Assembly (NCBI GenBank): GCA_043228905.1
Contig: JBHGNT010000003.1
Coordinates: 21,948,001 to 22,012,000, forward strand
Direction: 5' to 3'
Source: Azolla caroliniana
Taxonomy: Eukaryota; Plantae; Polypodiophyta
Length of the DNA: 64,000 nt
Under the pieces are notes generated by a model. It worked only from the letters and a program-made list of their open reading frames with translations. It was not told the DNA's origin and did no database searches. Shown one piece after another: positions 15,092 to 26,952 of the stretch. The translations under genes were made by a program, and so were the position numbers. The stretch's first letter is position 1. The number at the start of each line of letters is the position of its first letter.

Positions 15092-15127
<36 letters not shown>

Positions 15128-16665
15128 GTGAGAACACACAATTATATTAATAAAAGCGTGTAAAAAACACTACTTACAATGGGTGTCGCAATGGAGTATG
15201 GTCACCCACTAACTACACTACATGGGCAGTGGAATATGTTGAATTGCCAATAGGCAAGACAAACACTCCATTGAGGAAAGAATTTCCATTGCTCTAATAA
15301 AGAAAATTCCCACATTAGTATTCCCTTCAACTTTTGTAGATATGCTTTCACTCCATGCCTACCATCACATACAAAAGCATTGCGCATATCCCAATTACGA
15401 CGCAAACCCCAATATTTGAGAAATAGGAAAACGATCTTCATCTCTAATTTTGGGTCATCTTATGTAAATTGTGCAAACACCCACTGTCTAGGTGTCAAAT
15501 AATACCGTGATAAAACTTGGCAAATTTGTGAAATGTAACTCCAAATATGACAAGCAATCGGACATTGTATAAAATGATGAGTACTATATTCCATTTGAAT
15601 TGTGCAAAAGAAGCAATTATTCGCCGCTAGTCCATGACACTTTAGAGCTACTCCTAGAGCCAATCCTCCAATCAAAACTCTCCAAATGAAGACCTTTGCT
15701 ACAAGTGGCAATTTAGAATGCCAACTACGTTTTAAGATCTACCACCACCCATGATCAGATTTGTGTATTTTCCATTCTTCTTCAGATGCCAACCACGTTT
15801 TAAGACCCACAATCTCATTATTTGTTGCAAGCCTTAATAACATCACTAACAATGATTGAGTAACAATAACAAACAACAATGGACTAAGTGGGCATCCTTG
15901 ACGAACGGATATTGTGAGGGCAATATCTGATGTACCTCCCCCATAAGGCATTACTTAAGACACCACATCTTGTCCTAATAAAAATATGAGGCAAGAAATA
16001 CATGGTCCAAATCCCATTTTATGCATTAACCCAGAAACAAAGGACCAATTAACATAATCATAATCTTTCTCCAAATCAAATTGCAGCACCATAATCAATT
16101 CTTGATGAGTGTTTCGTACATAATCCGTTATGGGTATGAACATATAATATCCTGTGGTAAGATTGTACCGTAGTATTCTATACACGTGGATAAAGTGTGA
16201 GGTTTAAACGAGAGTGTAAAAGGGAAGGAATAATTTTAATCCTTGGGATTGAGACAACCCATTAAGGACAAGTATGAACTTGCATGGGGGCCTTAGGTCT
16301 GGCTATGAATATGAGGCCTAGCTACCCTCATTTGATCATCTCTTCACTACGTTGAGACTTTGTCCTTGTGGTGGATCAACTCTTGTACCGAGCATGCCAG
16401 TACCAGGTACGACTCGAAGCCACGACGGTGGTATGGGACGCCGATCGAGGCTCAAGTCCATCTCAATCCCTTCGCTCGGGGGTGGTCGGGTGGATCAATA
16501 CCCTTCTTTCTCTCTCCTATCTTATTTTTCTATCTATTATATCCTTATCTCATGCTTGCATTAGGATATAGCTCTAACATAATCCATGGCCATTTGAACA
16601 TTCACCACATTATGCGATATATTCCTACTTGCAATAAAACCATATTGGGCGGAATGTATCAACTT
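15092..16665 (-). mobile_element. 5'-truncated, internally deleted L1-type LINE with (GA)n tail, interrupted by a solo LTR
   Basis: Minus-strand RT pieces QYGFIASRNI...MDY|VRN...FDLEKDYDYVNW and SVRQGCPLSPLLF, then zf-RVT-like KVFIWRVLIGGL...CFFC...HHFIQCP. Ends in (TC)n on + at about 15092-15125. Confidence 0.85.
16126..16579 (+). mobile_element. Solo LTR of the chromovirus family at 47504-54472
   Basis: CGTTATGGG...CTCTAACA, reverse-complement similar to the LTR at 47504-47958. Flanked by a perfect 5-bp TSD TAATC (16121-16125 and 16580-16584). Confidence 0.9.
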
Positions 16666-16674
16666 TGGCTTGAC

Positions 16675-16940
16675 TATAACATAAAACTCTAACCTCTATC
16701 TTAAGTGTTTAAGGTCACTTCTTTTATATGGAAGTTTCTCTAAATTTGTAAACAAGCAAAATTTGTGGTGTTATGTTTGTAAGTATTCTCTCTCTCTTTA
16801 AGCCTTGGCTCTCATTTTGACCCATAACTTATAACATAAATATCTAATCTCTATCTTAAGTGTTTAAGGTCAACTTTTTTTTATGGAAGTTTCTCTAATC
16901 TAAATAAGCAATATTTGTCATATTATGTTTGTAAGTATTG
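16675..16940. repeat. Tandem duplication of about 150 bp
   Basis: ATAACATAAA...TCTATCTTAAGTGTTTAAGGTCA...ATGGAAGTTTCTCTAA...TTATGTTTGTAAGTATT occurs twice (about 16675 and about 16830). Confidence 0.75.
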
Positions 16941-17179
16941 TTCAATAACTTCATGTTGAGAACCTCATCAAATGACCATCCTTAGCACAACGTAACAACA
17001 CAAGAGGGAACCCACAATATACGAATGCTAAAATGTAACAGATGTATGAAAGTGAAAGCATAAGTTTTATAATTCTTCTTGAGTTTATGATCTAGGGCTA
17101 GAGCCTTGGTCTCTCTCCCTCTCCCTCTCTCTCTCTCTTCATGGGCTAGGTCCCATCTCATAGATCACAATAGGTCTTC

Positions 17180-17745
17180 CCTATCTATCTATCTCTAGTA
17201 AGAAGTTAGAACACACAATTATATAATTTAATAAATGGGTGTAAAAACACTACAATGGCACTATATTGAGTGGTGTCACGACTATGTGGGCAGTGGGACT
17301 TGCTAAATAGCCAACGGGCAAGACAAACATCGCATAAGGAAATAATTTTCAAAAACACAAAATCATTGTGCATGATTCAATTATGACGCAATCCCCAAAA
17401 TCTCAGAAATAGGAAAACGATATCCATCTCCGATTTTGAGTCAACAATGTGTAAATTGTGGAAACACCCATTGGCTTGTTGTCAAATAACATGAAATCAA
17501 TTGCCAAATTTGAAATATGTAACTCCAAATTTGATGAGCAATTGGACATGGCATGAAATGATGAGCACTATCTTCTCTTTCTCTTTCTCACACTTTTGGA
17601 GAAAACATACAATTATATTACTAAATTTGTGTGAAAAACACTACAATGGTACCACAATTGAGTGGTGTCAACACTACTGGGTGGTGGGACATGTTGAATC
17701 ACCAATAGGCAAGACAAACACTCCACCGAGAAAAGACTTTGCGCT
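17180..17745 (-). mobile_element. Two stacked short 3' fragments of the same L1 family
   Basis: About 17200-17570 and about 17572-17745 both match 15126-15600 (e.g. AACAC/TACAATTATAT...AAAAACACTACAATGG...GGCAAGACAAACA). Each has a CT-rich tail. Confidence 0.75.
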
Positions 17746-17819
17746 TGATTTGATTAAGAAAACGGTCACATCTCTGATTCTCTCCCCCTTTGTCTCTCTC
17801 TAAGCCTTCATAGTCATTT

Positions 17820-18352
17820 TTAGTCTTAGCTCAAACTTGAAATATACATATTAAGTGTTTGAACTCAACATCTTGTATGTGAGTGTGGTTAGTTTCCTTG
17901 TTCTGATTAATAAGAGTCGTCAATGGTGGTATTTTGTAATAATGTGCATTTAGTTATTTGTTTAAGTAAATGTGGTAGCATAATTGAAGTTAAATGATCT
18001 AGTTCACTTTGTTGGCGCATGCACGGTTGAGAGTGATCAATACCTTTCTTGTCCATCCCACTTAAAAGTATCTTGTAACAATGAATTAGTCTTAGCTCAA
18101 ACTTGAAATATACATCTTAAGTGTTTGAACTCAACATCTTGTACGTGAGTGTGGTTAGTTTCCTTGTTCTAATTAATAAGAGTCGTCAATGGTGGTATTT
18201 TGTAATAATGCGCATTTAGTTAGTTGTTTAAGTAAATGTGGTAGCATAATTGAAGTTAAGTGAGCTAGTTCGGTTTGTCGGCGCATGCACGCTTGAGAGT
18301 GATTGATACCTTTCTTGTCCATCTTGCTTAAAACTATCATGCAACAATGAAT
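17820..18352. repeat. Tandem duplication, 266-bp unit x2
   Basis: TAGTCTTAGCTCAAACTTGAAATATACAT starts at 17821 and again at 18087, with high identity along the unit. Confidence 0.9.
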
Positions 18353-20133
18353 TAACTTGTCAAACTATCATCATATATTAAGTTGGCTAGATTGCTTATT
18401 GGTTTAACACAAATGGCCTATGAAGTTATCAAACATAAACAGGTGATGCGTATACATGTTATGAGTTTTATCATTATCACCTATAAAAATAGTAAACTAC
18501 AAAGTTTGTTGAAAATTTGGTGGTTTAAAACAACAAAATTTGCCAATAAGCTCACACTTCAATTTCTATAAAATTTCATTTGAGCACTATGAAGGATTTT
18601 AATACAACATTGTAGCCTAGGTATATTATCTTAAACCATAATCTCTCACACTTTTTGACTTAAAATCTATGTGCAGTGCAATGTAGTGGATAAAATTGAC
18701 CACCGCTTCTTCCACAAGTAATTCTTGTGTGTAGTCAAAAGTTTAGCACTTTACAAGTATAGAATAAAGAAGTCATGTGTATAAATATATGTTTGTCTGC
18801 ATGTGGAATGATACATACATAGTACATATATACATTATGATGATAATGTTTTCGCCTAAATATGGGACACAAAGATGGTTGGTGCACACAATGTTCTCGT
18901 TTCCTTTTGGTGAAAAGTTTACCAGGTTTGCCTTTCATATTTACTGGTAAAAATGAAGAATAAGCAATAATATCATGCTTAATGGAAGAGGAGGGGAAAT
19001 GATGAAATTGTTATATTTTTTGTTTGCTTGTGCGAGAATATTGTTAATTCTCATAATTCTATTGTACACAATAGTTTTCTTGACTCATATGGTGTACACA
19101 ATATTATGCTCTTGAACAAGAGCATAATACCAATGCATATATAGAGGTTCAAAGAGGTAACATAGATATTTCTATTATTAACTAAGAAAAATAACTACAA
19201 TGCCTATGACAACCTCGTTCTACAAGCTCAAACACATTATGCAAGGCTATCACATGCACAAGCACAAGCACAAGCACTAAGCACTTCGTTCTTGAACTAG
19301 ATAATATTCTCCATCAACAAAATATAGTAAATGTAAGCATCTCTTTCTTTGAGCAAGCATTTTCATAAGTGTAACAAAGAATATAGAGAAGATGACGTTG
19401 CCTTACGAAATCTTCAAGATAACATTTGTGGTTGTCTAATAACCATCTACATAACATGTAGTGGTGCCTTCACATGGGAAACTATATGCTAATGGCCACA
19501 AAATTTGAATCATCTTGTTGCTCAAACCATCTGAGTTTGGGAAGTAGACATGTTGCACATCTTAATACATGAGTACATATATGCTTTCAATAATAAAGAA
19601 AATGAGTGAATCCATGAATATGATGGTATCGTTAGCTAGATAGAATGACGGTGCACATTCATCATAATTTAGTTTTTGATGAAAGATTATGAATATTAAT
19701 CGAAGGTTTGAGGACTAGAGCCCAAATAGCAACTTCCTGCCTTGTTTCACAAGCTAGAAACCAAGGAATGAGCAAATAGAAGTGTGCATAAAGACATACA
19801 TATATATAGAGAGATAACTAGGACGTAGTAAGCCTAAAAAGGAAACGAACATCATGAAAAAGATCCATGGGCACCTCATAACCCAATTATTATAGAGGAT
19901 TTGCTTACAAAATATAGCATATGTTGCTCGTCTCATTCCAATATGTATCCAAATTTAGTTTGGCCAACTTTCATTTGAGCTGAACGTTCCCCACCACATT
20001 CAAGTGTCTTAAAATATTGTACAAGCATTTTTATTTGTAGAAAAGAATGTCCTTTTAAAAGTAGTATTTTTTTATAAATATACTTCATGTTTTTATTGAA
20101 ATATTGATAAATTTTCTATTTACTATAACCAGT

Positions 20134-20207
20134 GGTCTCGTGGTGTAGTTGGTTATCACATCAGTCTAACACACTGAAGGTCTCCGGTTCGAGCCCGGGC
20201 GAGGCCA
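20134..20207 (+). tRNA. trnV-AAC: tRNA-Val (anticodon AAC)
   Basis: Acceptor stem GGTCTCG/CGAGGCC plus discriminator A, D-arm TGGTGTAGTTGGTTATCACA, anticodon arm TCAGT-CTAACAC-ACTGA, T-arm CCGGTTCGAGCCCGG. A TTTT run lies about 17 nt downstream. Confidence 0.97.
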
Positions 20208-21337
20208 CTCTAGAATTTAAGTATTTTGGTACTTTCAAAAAAAATCAAAGGCTTTTCAAGCATGGTCAATACCGTGATGTTTTCTTTGCTTTTTTTACTG
20301 GTATTTTCCCAATTTCTGTTAGCGGTTGATTAAAGCATCAAGCTAGTTCAAGGTCTCTCATTCAAACCTTCATGACACCAAGTTGCATTGGTTCATGTTG
20401 AGCAAACACGTGATTATGGTTAAAAGATGATACAATAGACACATAAGAGAATGTCCTCCCAAGGAAGCATACACAAGACAACCTTGGAATGGATTTAGAT
20501 ATACATACCCTACGTTTTGCAATATATGAAATGAAAATGACATTGTTCATAAAGCAATGAAGATGAAATGGAGTTCTGCGCTTCTTCACTCATTTAACTT
20601 GCCAATCAAGACAAATCTGTTCTCAGATCTGCTAGTATATACGTCATTTCATCAACGCTACGTTATGGAGGGAAAAATTAATATGGCATACATTTAACTT
20701 GCCACTCAATACAAATCCATTACAAGATCCACTAGTACATATAATATGGATTCCATGTACATCTGAATGATCAATATATCAACATAAGATATTTTACGTT
20801 ATTTAAATCTATTAAATAATAATAATTACCAATCATGCAAGTCATGAAAACAGAACTTCAGTTCAAGAAAAGAAAAAGCAACAAAAATGAACATTGTCTT
20901 TCCTTATACAAAAAAGGTTTCATCAAAATGTTAGTAAGTTGCAAATCGCTAAATTATTGTGGACAAATATATCAATAATGCAGATACCTTTCTGTAAAGA
21001 TCAAAGAAAAAAATAGGTTAAAATGCATTTCTCTGCATCAAGAGGCCTCAACATAAATGTAAGTATTCACTTGCAGGTCCAAAGTTAGCAAGGTTGTCAA
21101 TGAAGTGCAAAAAACAGTCAAAAGTCAATGTCCTTAACAAGTGATCTTGAGATGTGTCGACTTGTGTGTGGCAATGTAGTGCAACTCTATAATTTGGAAG
21201 ACAATTTTGGCGGATAAAAGAGAGTAACTAACTTATTTCCAAAGTCAGCTACCTATCTTTGAAGACAAGGGTCTAATCTTCACCACAGTTTAGCTGGCTA
21301 TGTTTGAAGAATTAATAAAGAGAGCAAAAATGTAATT

Positions 21338-24088
21338 CTATGCAACCGGAGGTCTCAACATGTGATCTTGAGATGTGTCAAGGGCAGCTGGTGGCATCCA
21401 TTGCCACATCCCCATTCCCATTCCCATTGGTACAGGAACTCTATGCTTCACAGCAGCTGCTTGAAAGGCAGTCATGGTCCCATGCAATGCAGCTGGATGT
21501 GGCATATTGTACCCAGTTGGAATTATTGGTGTTAACTTCATCTCCTGTTCCAACCTTTCCTTCTCAGCCTTCAACTTTTGTTTCTCATCTCGAAGCTCAC
21601 TTTTCTCCAACTAAAAGAAAGAAAGAGAAGAATTTAGATGTATGAAAGATAGACACATATTCTCATCAATGGTCAGGAGAAATGTGCCCTATTCAATAAA
21701 ATGCCAGTCCAAAGTTTGGAACTCATTCAATAGAAATAGTTTACAAAGGGAATATAACATCCAACAGGTTTTATGTGAAGTATTTCCAATAAAATTCGTT
21801 TTCTTTTCTCATCATTAATATGTCCTCAATTACTAGCATCTCGGTTGCCCTCTCTTGTTCATCAGGAAAACTCTGCTATGAACTCATATATATGTTAAGA
21901 CTAAATACCATATATCATGCTCTACATATGTCTATCTCATTTTGCTCTACATATGTCTATCTCTACAAGAAAATGAAAAGCCTGAAATGGAACCTTAAAA
22001 CCTTTGACCAAAAAGAAATAATACAAGGGAATAATTTCAAACCTTAAGTTTCTTGATTGCTTCCCGAAGCCTTTCATTGGATTCGGTTACTTGCTGAGCT
22101 TCAGTCCTTAACTCATTGAGAGTATGCAATGCATTCGCAAGAATAACCGTTTTATCAGCTGTTGGCGTCCTTCCTGGCTCTAGAAGCGTGCTTAATTCCA
22201 AGAATCTGGGATATCCATTTTTATTTTTTCAAAAGTTGAAGATTTCATGACATTTGAATGATACACACACACACATATCTTTCCTGGTCCACCCAAAAGA
22301 TTTAGAAAACAAAATGAATATAGTCGATTACCCAATTACCATCATCTTTCAGCAAAGTAAGTAAAATAGTGAAGATTTGCAGAGAGGTTTTTAAGACTTT
22401 TGTAACAATAAAGGATATATTGGGAACTTTAAAAATACTCGTGGTATTTTAAGAACCTTGAAATTAGTAGGAGTAATTTGTGACGAATTGGGGGTTATTT
22501 TGGTGAATTTCCCATGAAAATATAAAATATTGAACCTATCATTAAGACGATCCCGACGTATCTTTTCTCGACATGCCTTGTTCGACGTTCCATTGCCATT
22601 AGTGATTCTTGATCTATGAAATACAAGTCAATTAATAACATCAAAAGGGTCACATTTGTTTTTGAGCATGAATTTATATTTTCATTGAAATCATTGTTAC
22701 TATCTAGACGGTACCGAATTGCACCTTTTCCTTGAGCTTGGTTTTTCTTGATCATTCATACCATGTCTCAAAGAGTTGTTATCGACGCTGTCAAAACAAA
22801 TGCAAAGTTAAATTACAAATTGTAATCTTTAAACATTATTATCTGTTCTAGTGAATCTTTTTCTGCAACAAATTAATAACTCTGCAATTCAATTCCTGCA
22901 GCTCCTGATGGATAATCTAGTTATTGACACTCTAAGCTTGTACAAGTTTACACTAATCAAATATTCATGCAAATATTTAGTCACCAAATGTGTAAAGCAT
23001 TAGATATACACAAGAAGATTTATGCATTTTCACATGAGGGAAACAGCTCAATTCCCCTGCAATGTTCAACACGGCGAGTGAGATAGGGCTCCACATATCT
23101 AACTAGGTACAGTAAGTAACATTGAAAATTGCTACCATTAGGAAAACTAGAGCCCACTTTCCCCAACATTTTAAGTTTTTGTAGGCGAGGTTTCTGCAGC
23201 GCAGGAATCAGGGTATATCTTCCCTTGTGAGAAATTAGAACATTATCAGCTTTCATGAACAGCTTCATCTTTCAGGCTCATCATCTCTCCCTGAAATGTT
23301 CAACATGATGAGCTTTGGCCAATGATCTGCATACCTATTTAGGCATGAGAAGCAGGGAATATTTTCCTGTGTGGGAAATCAGATCCCATTCTCTACAATT
23401 TCTCCCTTTTCTGCTTAACTTAAAATAAGCTTTTTCGTAGGTAAGGTTCCAGACACTTTTACCTAGATGGAGTGGGAATCACAGGAGACTTCCCCATATG
23501 GAAAATAATACATTATTTCTTATGTGCTAAATTGAAGTTAACTTTCACTGATCCGGTCTCGGCAAGATTCTGCATCCATGGCCAAGCATGGAGGGAACCA
23601 GGGGGCATTTTCCTATGTAAGAATTTGGAAAAGAGCCATAATTTTACAGCTGGGGACATTTTTTTCTATTTCGGAAATATGTTTTAATAAGCAAGGATCC
23701 ACAAACCTAATGAAATACATTTTTTCATCTGGGAAAGAACCAGAATTTCTCATGCAGAAAGTTAGAACCCATTCTCCTCACCACGGGTTACACCTGGGAA
23801 ATTCAGGCCTAGTTTCCCATACAGTGTTCAACCACTGTATGAGCTTCTCCAAGACTATACAATGTATTCTTTTGTGAAGAAAAATGCGCCAAACATGGAA
23901 AAAGCGTAGGAAAAAGCTCATGGAAGGGAAAAAAAAACAACAAGGAAAGAAAGAAAAACATACCTGAGATCATCAACCTGCTCATTGAGGCCACACCAAA
24001 AGAAGGAAGCATTGGGTTCTTCCAGAATTTGATCATCCAAGAACCATTTGCTCTGTGGAGGAGGAGAAGAGGAAGAAGGAGACATCAT
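21338..24088 (-). CDS. bHLH-ZIP subgroup IVc transcription factor (ILR3/bHLH104/115-like, iron homeostasis)
   Basis: Exons 24088-23964, 22787-22725, 22613-22536, 22205-22043, 21610-21338 (all GT-AG, frame-consistent). Translation: MMSPSSSSPPPQSKWFLDD...NKACREKIRRDRLNDRFLELSTLLEPGRTPTADKTVIL...LRDEKQKLKAEKERLEQE...MWQWMPPAALDTSQDHMLRPPVA*, the canonical IVc C-terminus. Confidence 0.93.
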
Positions 24089-26640
24089 TTCTGAATCGAC
24101 TCTGTTCTTTCTTTCTCAAAATCTCTTCCTAAGAAAATTAGAAAGCCCTAAAATTTTCTCTCTCTCTTCTCCCTTTCTTTTCCTTCTTTTCTTGCAAGAT
24201 TTAAGGACCCAATTGCAAGAAGGATGGAATGGGGGAGATCTTTACACCCATCAAATACAAGTGCCACCATAGACACACAGAGAGAGGGTAGGGGAGGAGA
24301 AGAAAGCAAAGGAAACATAAAATGGATTTTGACTATATCTTCTCAATTTATGTATAAAAAAGTGTGAGGTTCTCATGTAAAGATACATATTGCAAGTCTA
24401 TGATTCTTCACTAAATTTGTTGTGAATCTTTTTTTACAAGTCTAAGGTTCTCCTCTTCTATATATTCTCTGTGTGAGGGGTTCTCAAGTCCACAGCCCAT
24501 GTTTTTATCAAGTGTGTTCGAGAAAGAATAGTCTAACAAATTCCTTTTCCAATTTTGTAAATTGCCAGTTTGAAACATATATGAAATCGGTGATACAAGA
24601 CCAACCCGATATCCTGCCCCCTTCTATGCAATGCGAATACAAGGAGCCGATTTTAAGTTGGTTAATGAATCATTTCATGCAAGAAATCATGAGAGCCCTC
24701 TCCTCCCAAAATCATCATATCATGTGAAAAGCTTGGGATTCTTCACTAATGCACGTCCTTGCTCTACATCTGAACTCCTTGAGGGTAATTCATCTAATAT
24801 GGCATCAACCACAAAATAATCAACTTAGTTGACCACTTCTCAAGGCTTCTTGAGGATGTAAAAAATTAAGTGGTGGACGGGCAAGGAAACTTAGTGTGTA
24901 GGATCATATGTATGCATGCTCAATCAATAAGAAAGCTTCTATTGTTAAGCATGTGGCACTTGCACATCGCTTCTAATGTAAGTTGGGGCCGAATTTGGAA
25001 TAAGCCTAAGTTGAGTTAATCATTTATTCAGAAAAATATGACGGCATCCACCAAAATATTACTTGCCTATTTGCAACAGTTGTTGAAATTTGAAGGTTTA
25101 TGTATCCATTTATATGCCTCGTGTGTATAACCAATATAGTACAAAAACTTTATGTATATTACAAAAAAATTTCTAATTCATGAAGTGTAAGGTTCGTAAA
25201 GTTAACAATATGCATGTAAGTATGCCTAGATGATTGGTATGTGTATGGCCTTGTGTGCATGTCTTCTATATTTTTCAATGTCTAGTATTTCACACAGACA
25301 TATATAGATACATGTCTATGCAAGGAAATTGAGGTCTAATAAGAAACTTCTACATCAAGTTGCTATTTAAGACAATTACAACAAGTGCATATAACTCATT
25401 GCGTTTGACAAAGATAACCATGTTTCAATAAATGAAAGGAGACTCCTTTTCGAAAGGGGTAATGTTTTGATGAAATGTGTACTAGAAAGAAACAAAGCAT
25501 GTGATACATTGTGATACATCACAAGGATATGCAATCGAGAATTACACAATCCTGAAGATGAAAATCATTCCCATTTAAGCGCAAGCTGGAAAATGCCATT
25601 CCATGTATTAGAGCAAAGAATGTATGTTCTGCATCATTCATTTATTTTCCTATCTAAAACAAGATTCAATTTGGATCAAAATCATGCTGTTGGGTTTATG
25701 AGATGGAAATGGGTTGAAGGAGCAGAGACATTAATACCATGCAATTAGTAAAGTCTAGTGAATGATATGTAGGTATTTTCAACATTCAATGTTTAAAACT
25801 TGCTAAAGTTGATGTACAATGCTCCCACATACACTTTCATCTTGGTTTCCTGTCTAGCCATCTCCATTTTAGTGAGTATTCACTACAGAATGAAACTTCA
25901 GTAGCATCCCATGTTAAGCCCAAGAGGAGCAGCACATCAAAAGAACTCTACTATCTCTTTCATCAATCTTGTGCTTCCAAAAGAGCTCAATGGAACATTG
26001 ATATGATGCATACTCAACTCCCCAGTTAGTTGTAACTTGTAAAAGCATCATTTAAAACATGTTGTAACCACATTACAAATGGCAACATTTTGTGACTAAT
26101 AGTCTTAACATTCATTTCAATGCACAAGAAGAGTAGATTGCGTTACAGATTAAGAAACAAATCGCTCTTAACACAAACAATTTTTCTCCAATATTGTGTA
26201 ACATAGTTTTGCGGAAAACGTCCAAAAAACAACATATGTTTTCATAACAGTCACATTTGTTAGCAAACGTATGAAAACGAATATTTGAGCAGAAGAATGT
26301 GAATATTGCTTTCTATGGAATTTTTGCCCTTGCATTCATACAATCAAACAATTACAATTCTGTATTGCAAAGTTTGAGTTATCCTCCACCATTCTATATC
26401 TCCATTTCTTTGAGGATGAATCGTATCATATTCATATTATCCCTGTACAGCCCCACCACAAAGGGACATATAAAAAAAGAAAAAAAGTTAAGATACACAG
26501 CCTCCTGATTTGTTGATGTGTGAGTGATTGCACCTACACGAAGCCTTGTGGAGTAAACTAATTCCTCATAACAAAATTGAAGGAATATGTTATATTGTGA
26601 TTAAGCTGATAAAAAGCTTTGTATGTAAAAAAGCTTTGCC

Positions 26641-26906
26641 TCATACAGAAACACAACAGCCAAGTGACGTTGCTGCATCTAAAAGCATTGAAATAGACAT
26701 TCCCATGGCTAATAGATGTCGCATTTCTCTTGCAAAACATTGCTCTACCGACAGTTTCCAATCTTCTTCTTTCTTCTTCTCCTCTGCACATCCTAACTTT
26801 GAATACACATCATTCCGAAGTAATGCCATACTCAGAGCTCTCACATGAGCACTGTTGTGTGATAGGCAGTGGACAATTGCAGGAAGGCGCCTCTGTAAAT
26901 TTAAGG

Positions 26907-26952
<46 letters not shown>

